In this document: positions 18,821-28,333 of the stretch, in pieces
Layout: each line of letters starts with the position of its first letter
How positions within the stretch are numbered: the first letter of the stretch is position 1
DNA from: Candidatus Kaiserbacteria bacterium
GTDB lineage: Bacteria > Patescibacteriota > Minisyncoccia > Phycocordibacterales > Phycocordibacteraceae
Reading direction: 5' to 3'
Assembly (NCBI GenBank): GCA_016217905.1
Contig: JACRFL010000002.1
Location: 18,817-82,816, forward strand
DNA: 64,000 bases
Made by a program: the position numbers and the translations under genes
Notes under the pieces: generated by a model
What the model was told of the DNA's origin: nothing
Seen by the model: only the letters and a program-made list of their open reading frames with translations
Database searches by the model: none

Positions 18821-19246
18821 TTAAACCATTTTTACATCGATCGTGACTCCCGAGGGGAGATTGAGGTTCGTGAGGGCCTCGATCACCTTCGGCGAGGGAT
18901 TCAGGATATCGATGAGGCGCTTATGGATGCGCATCTCGAACTGCTCTCTAGCGTCCTTGTGGACAAAGGTGGAGCGGTTCACCGTCCAGCGCTTGATCTC
19001 GGTCGGGAGCGGGACCGGGCCAACGACGACGGCGTCGAAGCGAGCGGCGGTGTCCATGATCTGCTTCACCGAGAGATCAAGGATCTTGTGCTCGTAGGCG
19101 CGGACGCGGATACGGAGCTTGTGTTCCGCAGCCGGGGCGACCGGAGCGGCCTTCTTCTTCGGCACCGTCTTCTTCGCTACAGCCTCTGTCGTCTTCTTAA
19201 CGGCGTGCTTGGCCGGCCTCTTCGCTTTAGTCGCAGTCTCGGGCAT
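18821..19246 (-). CDS. rpsJ: 30S ribosomal protein S10, with a Lys/Ala-rich N-terminal extension of about 37 aa
   Basis: HKLRIRVRAYEHKILDLSVKQIMDTAARFDAVVVGPVPLPTEIKRWTVNRSTFVHKDAREQFEMRIHKRLIDIL. Confidence 0.95.
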   Translation of the reverse strand: MPETATKAKRPAKHAVKKTTEAVAKKTVPKKKAAPVAPAAEHKLRIRVRAYEHKILDLSVKQIMDTAARFDAVVVGPVPLPTEIKRWTVNRSTFVHKDAREQFEMRIHKRLIDILNPSPKVIEALTNLNLPSGVTIDVKMV

Positions 19247-19254
19247 TGTAGTGA

Positions 19255-20454
<1,200 letters not shown>

Positions 20455-20597
20455 AGTAATTATCGATAATATTCTAATAAATCACGAATATTCCGACGCC
20501 TGTCTGCGCAGGCAGGTGAGTCGGAACAAACTCCTAAGCTTGCCGACTCACAAAAAGCAGACAAGCCAAAGAGCGACGCCAAGATGCGTTAGGAGCA

Positions 20598-20625
20598 CTA
20601 TACGAGAAGGCTTCGGGAAATGCAA
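20598..20625 (-). promoter_or_regulatory. Candidate sigma70-like promoter for tuf (TTGCAT-17 bp-TATAGT, minus strand)
   Basis: Hexamers read on the minus strand in the fusA-tuf spacer. Downstream is a 5' UTR of about 135 nt containing a 9-bp stem (GTGAGTCGG...CCGACTCAC). Confidence 0.3.
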
Positions 20626-20654
20626 CTCGCCACGGGGATAAAATAGAGTGGAAG

Positions 20655-20744
20655 ATTACTTCCTACTCGCGATGATGTCTTGGGCGATATTGTTCGGGAC
20701 AGTGTCGTAGTGGTCGAATTCCATGGTCATCGAGCCGCGGCCTT
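20655..20744. repeat. Relic duplicate of the fusA 3' end (90 bp, 100% identical to 21293..21382)
   Basis: Direct sequence comparison. It encodes ...[30 protein letters not shown], identical to the EF-G C-terminus. Confidence 0.9.
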
Positions 20745-20747
20745 TTG

Positions 20748-21014
20748 TTAGATACGGTAAATCCAACTGTGCGGCCCGCAAGTGAGAAATAGCGCGGTCG
20801 AGGCGTCGAGCCAACGGAAAATAATCCGATACTGTCGATTGATCCTGAAACTCCAAAGTTCGCGCTGTTTCGGATGCAACTTTTCGGTATGCAGTGACGG
20901 ATGGTAAGGATTCTCGCTGAACAATATCCATTTCTTATGTGCTTGCTTCCGCACTGCGGCGGGCAATTCGGCAAAACGCCTTTCGAATTCAAAAGTGGTC
21001 TCGACCGCGATCAT
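20748..21014 (-). CDS. Type II toxin, RelE/ParE superfamily
   Basis: ENPYHPSLHTEKL...ELWSFRINRQYRIIFRWLD...CGPHS matches the RelE/ParE core (..L.enP.....kL.......R....YRiiy.......Ih.igpH). Overlaps the upstream antitoxin by 4 nt. Confidence 0.7.
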   Translation of the reverse strand: MIAVETTFEFERRFAELPAAVRKQAHKKWILFSENPYHPSLHTEKLHPKQRELWSFRINRQYRIIFRWLDASTALFLTCGPHSWIYRI

Positions 21015-21244
21015 GCGGCGCGAATTTTGCTGGGCATATGTACCCGGTGACTACGCCCAGCGTGGTAGTCGGCTTCGGCACGTGTCACACTCGCGAGGAA
21101 CTCCGGATTGAATAAACCAAAGGAAGCTGCGAGTCGCTCCAAGCGGTCGGCGTCAAGCTCAAGCACAAGCTTATGGCTCTTCGAATTTTTCGAACGAATG
21201 GTGGCAGCAATGCGGTTCATGTCCACAGTATAACACGCCTTCAT
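21011..21244 (-). CDS. Putative antitoxin partner of the RelE/ParE toxin (small; family uncertain)
   Basis: 77-aa ORF immediately upstream of, and translationally coupled to, the toxin. Located in the low-GC insert. The start may be the internal MNRIAATI. Confidence 0.45.
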   Translation of the reverse strand: MKACYTVDMNRIAATIRSKNSKSHKLVLELDADRLERLAASFGLFNPEFLASVTRAEADYHAGRSHRVHMPSKIRAA

Positions 21245-21293
21245 GAATTAAAGAAAATCGCCCAGGATTGATGAGTACGGCGTATCGGCCAAA

Positions 21294-23441
21294 TTACTTC
21301 CTACTCGCGATGATGTCTTGGGCGATATTGTTCGGGACAGTGTCGTAGTGGTCGAATTCCATGGTCATCGAGCCGCGGCCTTCGGTCATGGAGCGGAGTG
21401 TGGTGGTGTAGCCGAACATCTCCGAGAGCGGCACCTTTGCATGCACGACCTTGTTCATCCCGCGCTCTTCCATTCCTTCTATCTGCGCGCGCTTCCCGGA
21501 GAGGTTACCGGTGATGTCGCCCATGAACTGGTCCGGCACGACGACCTCGACGCGCATAATCGGCTCGAGAATGACCGGCTTCGCTTTCTGCGCCGCTTCC
21601 TGAAAGGCCATCGACGCGGCGATCTTGAAGGCGATTTCGGATGAGTCGACGTCGTGGTAGCTGCCGTCATAGAGGTCGACCGAGATGTCGACCATCGGGA
21701 AGCCGGCCAGATATCCGCGCGACATCGCCTCGCGCACGCCCTTCTCCACCGCCGGAATATATTCCTGCGGGACGACACCGCCCTTGATGTTGTTGACGAA
21801 TTCGAAATGATCCTCGCGAGTAACGTTCTTCGCCACTTTCGCTTCCGGATCGACCGGCTCCATCTTCTTCATCTTGATCTTCACGTGGCCGTACTGACCG
21901 CGGCCGCCGGTCTGCTTGATGTACTTCCCTTCGGCCTCCGAGGAGCCGAGAATCGTCTCGCGATACGCCACTTGCGGCTTGCCCACGTCCGCGACGACGT
22001 TGAATTCGCGCTTCATGCGGTCAACGAGAATTTCAAGGTGCAGCTCACCCATGCCGGAAATGATGGTCTCGTTCGTCTCCTCGTCGGTCTTGATGCGGAA
22101 GGTCGGGTCCTCGTCGCTAAGCTTCCTGAGCGCGATGCCCATCTTCTCCTGGTCGGCCTTTGTCGAGGGCTCGATGCGGAGGCTGACAACTGGTTCGGGG
22201 AATTTGATCTGCTCAAGCACGATAGGGCTCGCCTCGTCGCAGAGCGTGTGCGAGGTCTTCGTATCCTTCAGTCCCACCGCGGCGGCGATCTCCCCGGTGA
22301 ACACCTTTTCGACTTCTTCGCGCTTGTCGGCCTGGAGCCGGACGATGCGGCCAACGCGCTCCTTCGAGCCGGTCGTCGAGTTGTAGACGTAGGAACCGGC
22401 GGTGAGGGTACCCGAATACACGCGGAAGAAGGTCAGCGCGCCGACGAAAGGATCGGTCTGGAGTTTGAACGCGAGCGCACAGAACGGCTCGTCGTCGGAG
22501 GCGTGGCGCTCGATCGGCTCGCCGGTTTTCGGGTTCGTGCCGGTTGCGGGCGGCAGGTCCAAGGGCGACGGTAGATAGTCGACGACCGCGTCGAGCACGA
22601 GCTGTACTCCCTTGTTCTTGAGCGCGCTCCCGCAGTAGACGGGGAAGATTTCGTTATTGACGACCGCCTTGCGCAGGATCGCTTTCAATTCTTCAACGCT
22701 CGGCTCTTTGCCCTCGAGATAGGCGCTCATCGCTTTGTCATCCTGCTCGACGATGCGCTCGATAAGATCGGCGCGATACTTCTTCGCATCTTCGAGAAGG
22801 TTCGCCGGAATCTCGCCCTCAATCACCTCCTCACCCATATTCCCAGAGAAGGTATACGCCTTCATCGCGAGCAAGTCGACGACGCCCTCATGCGCGCTCT
22901 CCTCGCCGATGGGGATCTGCATGCGGATGGCCTTTTTCGAGAGACGATCAAGGATGCTCGCGTAGGAGCGCTCGAAGGAGGCGCCGACGCGATCGAGCTT
23001 ATTGATGAAACAGACGCGCGGTACCTGCGCCTCATCCGCATAGCGCCAGTTGGTCTCGGACTGAGGCTCTACCCCCGCCACCCCGTCGAAGACGACGATC
23101 GCGCCGTCAAGCACGCGCATCGAGCGCTTCACCTCGGCGGTGAAGTCGATGTGGCCGGGAGTGTCGATGATATTGAAGCGAAATTTCTTGGTCGTATCCT
23201 TCTTGTCGGACTCGCCGGTCTTTGTCCAGAAACAGGTGATGGCGGCGGCGGTGATGGTGATGCCGCGCTCGCGCTCCTGCTCCATCCAGTCGGTCGTTGT
23301 CTCGCCCTCATGCACCTCGCCGATCTTGTGCTGGCTACCCGTATAGAAAAGCACGCGCTCGCTGGTCGTCGTCTTGCCCGCGTCGATATGCGCGATGATG
23401 CCGAAATTGCGTACTTTCTCTAACGGATAGTCTCTGTTCAT
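21294..23441 (-). CDS. fusA: Elongation factor G
   Basis: [18 protein letters not shown] and NKLD G-motifs; complete domains I-V. Start set at the [15 protein letters not shown] Met. Confidence 0.97.
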   Translation of the reverse strand: MNRDYPLEKVRNFGIIAHIDAGKTTTSERVLFYTGSQHKIGEVHEGETTTDWMEQERERGITITAAAITCFWTKTGESDKKDTTKKFRFNIIDTPGHIDFTAEVKRSMRVLDGAIVVFDGVAGVEPQSETNWRYADEAQVPRVCFINKLDRVGASFERSYASILDRLSKKAIRMQIPIGEESAHEGVVDLLAMKAYTFSGNMGEEVIEGEIPANLLEDAKKYRADLIERIVEQDDKAMSAYLEGKEPSVEELKAILRKAVVNNEIFPVYCGSALKNKGVQLVLDAVVDYLPSPLDLPPATGTNPKTGEPIERHASDDEPFCALAFKLQTDPFVGALTFFRVYSGTLTAGSYVYNSTTGSKERVGRIVRLQADKREEVEKVFTGEIAAAVGLKDTKTSHTLCDEASPIVLEQIKFPEPVVSLRIEPSTKADQEKMGIALRKLSDEDPTFRIKTDEETNETIISGMGELHLEILVDRMKREFNVVADVGKPQVAYRETILGSSEAEGKYIKQTGGRGQYGHVKIKMKKMEPVDPEAKVAKNVTREDHFEFVNNIKGGVVPQEYIPAVEKGVREAMSRGYLAGFPMVDISVDLYDGSYHDVDSSEIAFKIAASMAFQEAAQKAKPVILEPIMRVEVVVPDQFMGDITGNLSGKRAQIEGMEERGMNKVVHAKVPLSEMFGYTTTLRSMTEGRGSMTMEFDHYDTVPNNIAQDIIASRK

Positions 23442-23572
23442 AAAGTTTCTAAAAAATAATCCGCCAGCTGGCGGACGCCGAAGCGTTATCAACAGAATAG
23501 CCGAAATGAGAGAAATTGCAAAGTGCAGGTATGCGCAGTAAGATTTAAGAGGAGTTCAAACGAGGAAAAAAG

Positions 23573-23788
23573 ATGGGGAGACTGAAACCAGATTCTGTCG
23601 AGCACATGCTTGGAAGAGCTGATTACTTTGCAGGGCTGGTAACGGAAACGTCTGATCCAGTGTACTGGCCACCGGAAAGGATCCGAGAGGCACTCGCGGT
23701 ATTGCGCCCTGCACGGGACCTCAGGCATGCGACATACGCAACAGCTTGTGCCGCGGCCGAATGTGTAGAGTTCAAGGCAGCGTATTGA
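23573..23788 (+). CDS. Small hypothetical protein (71 aa) inside the hicAB insert
   Basis: GAGGA-type RBS 8 nt upstream. Followed by the terminator at 23811..23835. No recognisable domain. Confidence 0.35.
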   Translation: MGRLKPDSVEHMLGRADYFAGLVTETSDPVYWPPERIREALAVLRPARDLRHATYATACAAAECVEFKAAY

Positions 23789-23810
23789 AGCCTCGCTTCT
23801 CCCATTAACC

Positions 23811-23835
23811 AAAAAACCCGCGTTCCGCGGGTTTT
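23811..23835. terminator. Bidirectional intrinsic terminator (AAAAAACCCGCG-TTC-CGCGGGTTTT)
   Basis: GC stem of 6 bp flanked by an A-run and a T-run. Lies between the hicA/rpsG relic and fusA. Confidence 0.6.
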
Positions 23836-23885
23836 ACATTATTCAAAATCCCTCGACGTCGCCAGGGATGATTTTGTAAACAAAA

Positions 23886-23939
23886 TCACCACGCGAAGTG
23901 GGCGAAGGCCTTGTTGGCGTCGGCCATGCGGTGCATCAT
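23886..23939. repeat. Relic duplicate of the rpsG 3' end (54 nt; about 48/54 identical to 24563..24616, all differences synonymous or in the stop codon)
   Basis: The minus-strand reading gives MMHRMADANKAFAHFAW*. The genuine S7 C-terminus is EMHRMADANKAFAHFAW*. Confidence 0.75.
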
Positions 23940-24172
23940 TTGCCTTGCAACAATTTCAAAAATTCATCCGCTGATATTTTCGCCTGCCTAAGAATGCTGG
24001 CCAAGTCCTTGCGTGATATATCGCGCGAATGACGCGGCACCGTTGCAAATCGTGTCGGATCAGCGGCGTGCCGTAGAAATACGTGACTTCCCTTCTGTCT
24101 AATAATCGTGAACCCCGCCTTAAGGAGCGCGGCGATGATTGTCGCCGCACGAAGCATCGGCAAAATGCTCAT
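23936..24172 (-). CDS. hicA: HicA-family toxin (mRNA interferase)
   Basis: LLKAGFTIIRQKGSHVFLRH...TVPRHSRDISRKDLASILRQAKIS matches the HicA consensus (..GF...RQKGSH......G...TVP.H...L..G.L.SIL.QAGL). Confidence 0.8.
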   Translation of the reverse strand: MSILPMLRAATIIAALLKAGFTIIRQKGSHVFLRHAADPTRFATVPRHSRDISRKDLASILRQAKISADEFLKLLQGK

Positions 24173-24468
24173 GCGTATACGGTAACTGGACCGGCTATTC
24201 TTGCAGTTTTACCCTTTCCGGTTATGTGTCCTTCATCATCAATAACTATTTTTCCGTCATCGAATGCAATTTCGCACAGTCCTTCAATAAGGTCATTCGC
24301 CATGTATTTTGCGTCAGCAAGAGTGGAACCTTGCGTCATTGTTTTTTGAAAGCTTGGGACTTCTACAAGATATAATTTGTCAGACCGGTCATACCATATG
24401 AGCGCATTAAAAATGCCATATTTAGTCTTGATAAGATATTTCCTTTTCATCCGCCAAGTATAGCACAA
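24169..24468 (-). CDS. hicB: HicB-family antitoxin (N-terminal RNase H-like HicB domain)
   Basis: KYLIKTKYGIFNALIWYDRSDKLYLVEVPSFQKTMTQGSTLADAKYMANDLIEGL is close to the HicB N-domain consensus. Overlaps hicA by 4 nt. Start may be the internal MKRKYL. Confidence 0.65.
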   Translation of the reverse strand: MCYTWRMKRKYLIKTKYGIFNALIWYDRSDKLYLVEVPSFQKTMTQGSTLADAKYMANDLIEGLCEIAFDDGKIVIDDEGHITGKGKTARIAGPVTVYA

Positions 24469-24562
24469 CGGCCAATTTTGATTACTACCAAGTGAGTGAG
24501 CGAAAAGAAATTCCTATTTCACTTTTCGAACGAACGCGGGGAGGAAGCTTTGTCCTCAAAGC

Positions 24563-25027
24563 TTACCACGCGAAGTGGGCGAAGGCCTTGTTCGCATCCG
24601 CCATGCGGTGCATCTCGTCCTTCTTCTTAATTGCATCGCCCTCGTTCTTGGCGGCGAGGAGGAGCTCGGCGGCGAGCTTCTCCGCCATCGGCTTCCCTTT
24701 CTTCGCGCGTGCCGCGGTAATCAACCAGCGGAAGGAGAGAGCGAGGCGCCGATTCTGCGGCACTTCCCGCGGCACCTGGTAGTTCGCCCCGCCGACGCGT
24801 CGCGAGCGGACCTCCATCAGGGGCGAAACGTTGCGCAGCGCCGCTTCGAAGGTCTCGAGCGGGTCGGCGCCGCCTTCTTTAACCGCGGCGAGCGCGTCGT
24901 AGACAACCGCGCGGGCGGTGTCCTTCTTCCCGTCCCACATGACCGCATTGATAAAGCGGGTGAGCGTCTCCGAGCCGTAGGTGAGGTCGGGGCGCCAGGT
25001 ACGCTTCTTTTTAAGGGGTCGGCGCAT
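24563..25027 (-). CDS. rpsG: 30S ribosomal protein S7
   Basis: FINAVMWDGKKDTARAVVYDAL...VGGANYQVPREV. Confidence 0.95.
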   Translation of the reverse strand: MRRPLKKKRTWRPDLTYGSETLTRFINAVMWDGKKDTARAVVYDALAAVKEGGADPLETFEAALRNVSPLMEVRSRRVGGANYQVPREVPQNRRLALSFRWLITAARAKKGKPMAEKLAAELLLAAKNEGDAIKKKDEMHRMADANKAFAHFAW

Positions 25028-25028
25028 G

Positions 25029-25442
25029 TTATTTTGCCGACGGGCGCTTCGCGCCGTAGCGCGAGCGGGCGGTGCGGCGCTTCTCGAGACCGCTTGTGTC
25101 GAGCTTGCCGCGCACGATGGTGTACTGCACGCCGATGTCCTTCACCCTGCCGCCGCGAAGCATCACGACCGAGTGTTCCTGGAGATTGTGCCCCTCGCCG
25201 GGAATGTAGGCGGTGACTTCCATCCCGTTGGTGAGGCGGACGCGGGCGATCTTGCGGATGGCGGAGTTCGGCTTCCTCGGAGTCTTGGTAGTCACCTTGG
25301 TGCATACGCCACGCTTAAAAGGCGAAGGATAGTAGGTCGGACGATTCGCGAGCGCATTAAAACCGCGGGCCAAGGCGGGCACGCTCGTCTTCGACGATTT
25401 CGACTTTCGCCCCCTCTTGGAGAGCTGGTTGATGGTGGACAT
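25029..25442 (-). CDS. rpsL: 30S ribosomal protein S12
   Basis: [15 protein letters not shown]...[19 protein letters not shown]...[14 protein letters not shown]. Confidence 0.97.
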   Translation of the reverse strand: MSTINQLSKRGRKSKSSKTSVPALARGFNALANRPTYYPSPFKRGVCTKVTTKTPRKPNSAIRKIARVRLTNGMEVTAYIPGEGHNLQEHSVVMLRGGRVKDIGVQYTIVRGKLDTSGLEKRRTARSRYGAKRPSAK

Positions 25443-25572
25443 TTAGAAAAAGAAGACCCGAGGTGGGTCACAAGCAATATAAAGGAATGGTGAGAGGAAT
25501 GCAACTTGGGCAGGCCGTAGGGAAAGTGGTTTGAATCTTTCCCGCATTTTCCTACAGACTACAATCTACTCC

Positions 25573-26235
25573 CTACAAACTATTTTCATCGATCGGCTCG
25601 CGGTAAGGGTCGGACGAGTACGCTCTTGGGAGCGCGGGGTTCGCGGGCGTGACGGGAATCGCGGCGGGGCGGGGCGGGGCGGGAGGTTCTGTCTGCAGTA
25701 TAGGAGGGGCGAATCGCGGTTCCGGAATCCGCGGCGGGACCTTGTTGAACTCGATATGCGGCTCCTCGTGATCCTCGAGCAGCCGGTCGCTCTCCATCGA
25801 CCTCGGAGTTGGGGAGGTCTGACCTTCCCCACTACTCACGGGAGGTTGCGGGGGTTGCGGAATGTAGCGCGGCGCTGGCGCGCTCATCGCCCGCGGCGCC
25901 GAGGGCGGTGCCGCGCCCCTCCGCTCCTCTTCCCGCAGCGGTACGAAGATCTGAGCATTGACATCCTGCACGATGCCGTCGACGGTCTCCCGGTCGAGAT
26001 GTGCCTCCTCGGCAAGCGCCTGAACGAACTCGTCCGGGTTCTCGACACCCATCAGGAGCAACATTATTTCTCGCTCGAGCACGCCGCCCTGATCGATGCG
26101 CAAACCGTACTTGGTCATCATATTCCTTGCGACTGCCGTATATCTCCCCTGCGTGAGATATGTGCGTATCACCGGCGGCAAGGTCTGCATCACTTGCTTG
26201 ACATCATCCTCTAGATTTTGGTTTTGTGGATCCAT
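25573..26235 (-). CDS. Hypothetical protein: globular N-terminal domain of about 105 aa plus a Pro-rich, low-complexity C-terminal half
   Basis: PPxPP-rich tail (APPSAPRAMSAPAPRYIPQPPQPPVSS...). Last gene of the four-gene operon upstream of rpsL. Confidence 0.5.
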   Translation of the reverse strand: MDPQNQNLEDDVKQVMQTLPPVIRTYLTQGRYTAVARNMMTKYGLRIDQGGVLEREIMLLLMGVENPDEFVQALAEEAHLDRETVDGIVQDVNAQIFVPLREEERRGAAPPSAPRAMSAPAPRYIPQPPQPPVSSGEGQTSPTPRSMESDRLLEDHEEPHIEFNKVPPRIPEPRFAPPILQTEPPAPPRPAAIPVTPANPALPRAYSSDPYREPIDENSL

Positions 26236-26252
26236 ACGTAATGTATCTCCGA

Positions 26253-28331
26253 TTACGGCTTTGGGGCTGCGGGTGCAGATGTCTTAGCTCTATCCTCTGC
26301 CTCTTTTTCCTCCCGCGCCATCTCCTTAATAAGTTCCTCCAATTTGTCTTTATTGGGTTTCGAGGTCCTGATTTTCTTAGCCGCCTCCGAACCGCCCGGA
26401 CCAAATAGTGCCCAACCTGCTAGCGAGCCTTCGATATTCTTGGCGTACTGCTCGCGACGGGCTTTTGCGCCAGCGGGCCTGACCTCGCTTTCTTTCTTCG
26501 CCTCGATACTTTTTTCAACATTCGTTTTTGCTTCCGTTGCTTTTGAAAGTTCTTCTTCGGTCTTCGTAACCTTCTCAAGCGCTCTCACGACACCGGCTTC
26601 AGCAGCCATAAGCTTTTCTTGATTTTTCGGGTCTGTGTCCCAATAACGATCCCCCCTCTTTTCTTCCGCAATACGGTCGCGCTCTTTGGTCGCCGTATCG
26701 TGCTCGCTCTTTGCCATATCATGCGAGCCTTGTGCCGTTGTCCGCTTTATTTCTGCATCCTTTATGGCCTTATCCTCTTCCCTCGTATTCTCTGTACGCG
26801 CCGTCTCGCGTCCTGTAAGAGATTTTGCGTACTCTTCGTGTCCCTTAACAGACTTTTCCTGTCGCGCTCGATATCCGCCCTTCTGCGCTGCTCCAGCGTC
26901 AACACCGCCGTATGGCAGTTTCCCTAGTACTCCTGTACCGCGCACGTCAAAACTCGCTTTCGCTCCACGATCGAATGTGCTGGCCAGCAAGCGTCCTCTC
27001 TTAGTTTCGCCCCAGCTGCTTGAACGAACCTTGCGCGAGAGATACTGCGACCCTGCTCCCACCGTAGAGCGCATGCCAAAAGCGGTCGCGCCGAACGTGA
27101 GCTTGCCGGCAAGCTTCGTCGCTCCGGCGGCGCCGAAGGCGGAGATCTTTTTCGAGACGATAACGACCGCGAGGAGGAGTCCCATCGCGACGAGGAAGGA
27201 GAGCATCAGACTCGCGAAGCCAGTCAGATCGTTACCGCCCACAAATCCTGTCCAATCTTTCGTACACGTTGCGCCCGGAGTGGACGGGGCGCAAATGCCG
27301 GTTAAGAAATTGACATCGGTGATGACCGCGAGCGCGATGTAAAGCAGGAGGAGGAGTACCGGCGCGGTGATGGTCTGTTCAAAGAGCGTGCTCCACCACT
27401 TCCCTGCCGAGCTCGCGAGCTTGGGCACCGCGAGCCCGGCGAAGCCGATGGGCGCGATAATAATAAGGAAGAGGAGTATGACAAACCGCGCGATGAGCAC
27501 GAACGCGAGCGAGAACATCACGAATGCCGTGATCAGGAAGAGAATGGTGCCCATAAAGCCGATAATCCAGGAGTTTCCCGATGTGAATACCCCTGTATTC
27601 ACCCTCCCTTGGCCGTAGATACTTTGTAGCCCAATCTGGTCCATAATCTTGTTTGAAATACCTTCGTTTTCGGGCGAGGTATTTAACTTGGCTAAAAAGT
27701 CGGGGGTCACCGGGTTACCGCCGTTAATCTGGGTGAAAAATTGCGTCGCGAAGAGGTTCCCGGTGTCGATAACCGCCTCGGCAAAAAAGAGCGAGAAGTT
27801 GAGGAAGACCGCGGCGACCAAGAGCATCGGGAGCATCTTCTTCCCGTAGCCGAGCCGTTCGGTGTTGAGAATGATGGAGATGCCGACCGCGAGGAAGCCG
27901 AAGATGAGCACGATGTTGCCGATGTCGCGCAGGATTCTCCAGGTGACGCCGACGGCGGAGAGCTTGTTCACGTAGTCCCCCATCGTGACGACGGTGAAGT
28001 ACACCGCGTAATCGAGCGTCATAGCCGCGACACCGACGAGCCACGCGAAGAGGCTCATGATCCAGGTCATAATTTTACCGAACCCCTCGCCAAGATCGCT
28101 GCTCGGCGGGAGCGTGCTCGGCGTTCCGGCGGCGGGGTTACTCTGGCTCACGTAATTCTCCGAAGTTACGCAGGTGCCATCTACCTGGTAGACCCCGCCA
28201 CCGGAGCCCGGTGCGCCCAGATCGCACGCCTGCCCGGGCCGGGGCTCGGCATGCGCGACGGGAGTACCCACGCCCGCCGCACCGACGAGGAGCACAAGAG
28301 CGACGAACGATGATGATAAGAAGCGCCGCAT
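26253..28331 (-). CDS. Large polytopic membrane protein (692 aa): signal peptide, Cys-containing exported N-domain, about 7 TM helices, and a C-terminal Lys/Glu/Arg-rich coiled-coil tail of about 270 aa. Topology resembles VirB6/TrbL-like proteins.
   Basis: N-terminal signal MRRFLSSSFVALVLLVGAAGVGTPVAHA. Multiple hydrophobic helices. Tail KSEHDTATKERDRIAEEKRGDRYW...EELSKATEAKTNVEKSIEAKKESE... ending APAAPKP. No ATPase motifs. Confidence 0.55.
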   Translation of the reverse strand: MRRFLSSSFVALVLLVGAAGVGTPVAHAEPRPGQACDLGAPGSGGGVYQVDGTCVTSENYVSQSNPAAGTPSTLPPSSDLGEGFGKIMTWIMSLFAWLVGVAAMTLDYAVYFTVVTMGDYVNKLSAVGVTWRILRDIGNIVLIFGFLAVGISIILNTERLGYGKKMLPMLLVAAVFLNFSLFFAEAVIDTGNLFATQFFTQINGGNPVTPDFLAKLNTSPENEGISNKIMDQIGLQSIYGQGRVNTGVFTSGNSWIIGFMGTILFLITAFVMFSLAFVLIARFVILLFLIIIAPIGFAGLAVPKLASSAGKWWSTLFEQTITAPVLLLLLYIALAVITDVNFLTGICAPSTPGATCTKDWTGFVGGNDLTGFASLMLSFLVAMGLLLAVVIVSKKISAFGAAGATKLAGKLTFGATAFGMRSTVGAGSQYLSRKVRSSSWGETKRGRLLASTFDRGAKASFDVRGTGVLGKLPYGGVDAGAAQKGGYRARQEKSVKGHEEYAKSLTGRETARTENTREEDKAIKDAEIKRTTAQGSHDMAKSEHDTATKERDRIAEEKRGDRYWDTDPKNQEKLMAAEAGVVRALEKVTKTEEELSKATEAKTNVEKSIEAKKESEVRPAGAKARREQYAKNIEGSLAGWALFGPGGSEAAKKIRTSKPNKDKLEELIKEMAREEKEAEDRAKTSAPAAPKP

Positions 28332-28333
28332 AT

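Noticed and set aside
20469-20655. tRNA gene in the fusA-tuf spacer (by analogy to tRNA genes upstream of tufB in E. coli).
   Set aside because: The 9-bp inverted repeat with an 18-nt loop does not fold into a cloverleaf, and no T-arm GTTCRANYC motif is present. Interpreted as a 5' UTR hairpin of tuf.
20656-20931. 91-aa minus-strand ORF whose C-terminus equals the EF-G C-terminus.
   Set aside because: It is a chimeric frame created by the fusA 3' relic running into the unrelated toxin-gene region in another frame. It is not a real gene, and is reported instead as a repeat.
23489-23812. 107-aa minus-strand ORF between hicA and fusA.
   Set aside because: It overlaps the better-supported plus-strand 71-aa ORF (with RBS and terminator) and runs through the bidirectional terminator. 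No motif support.
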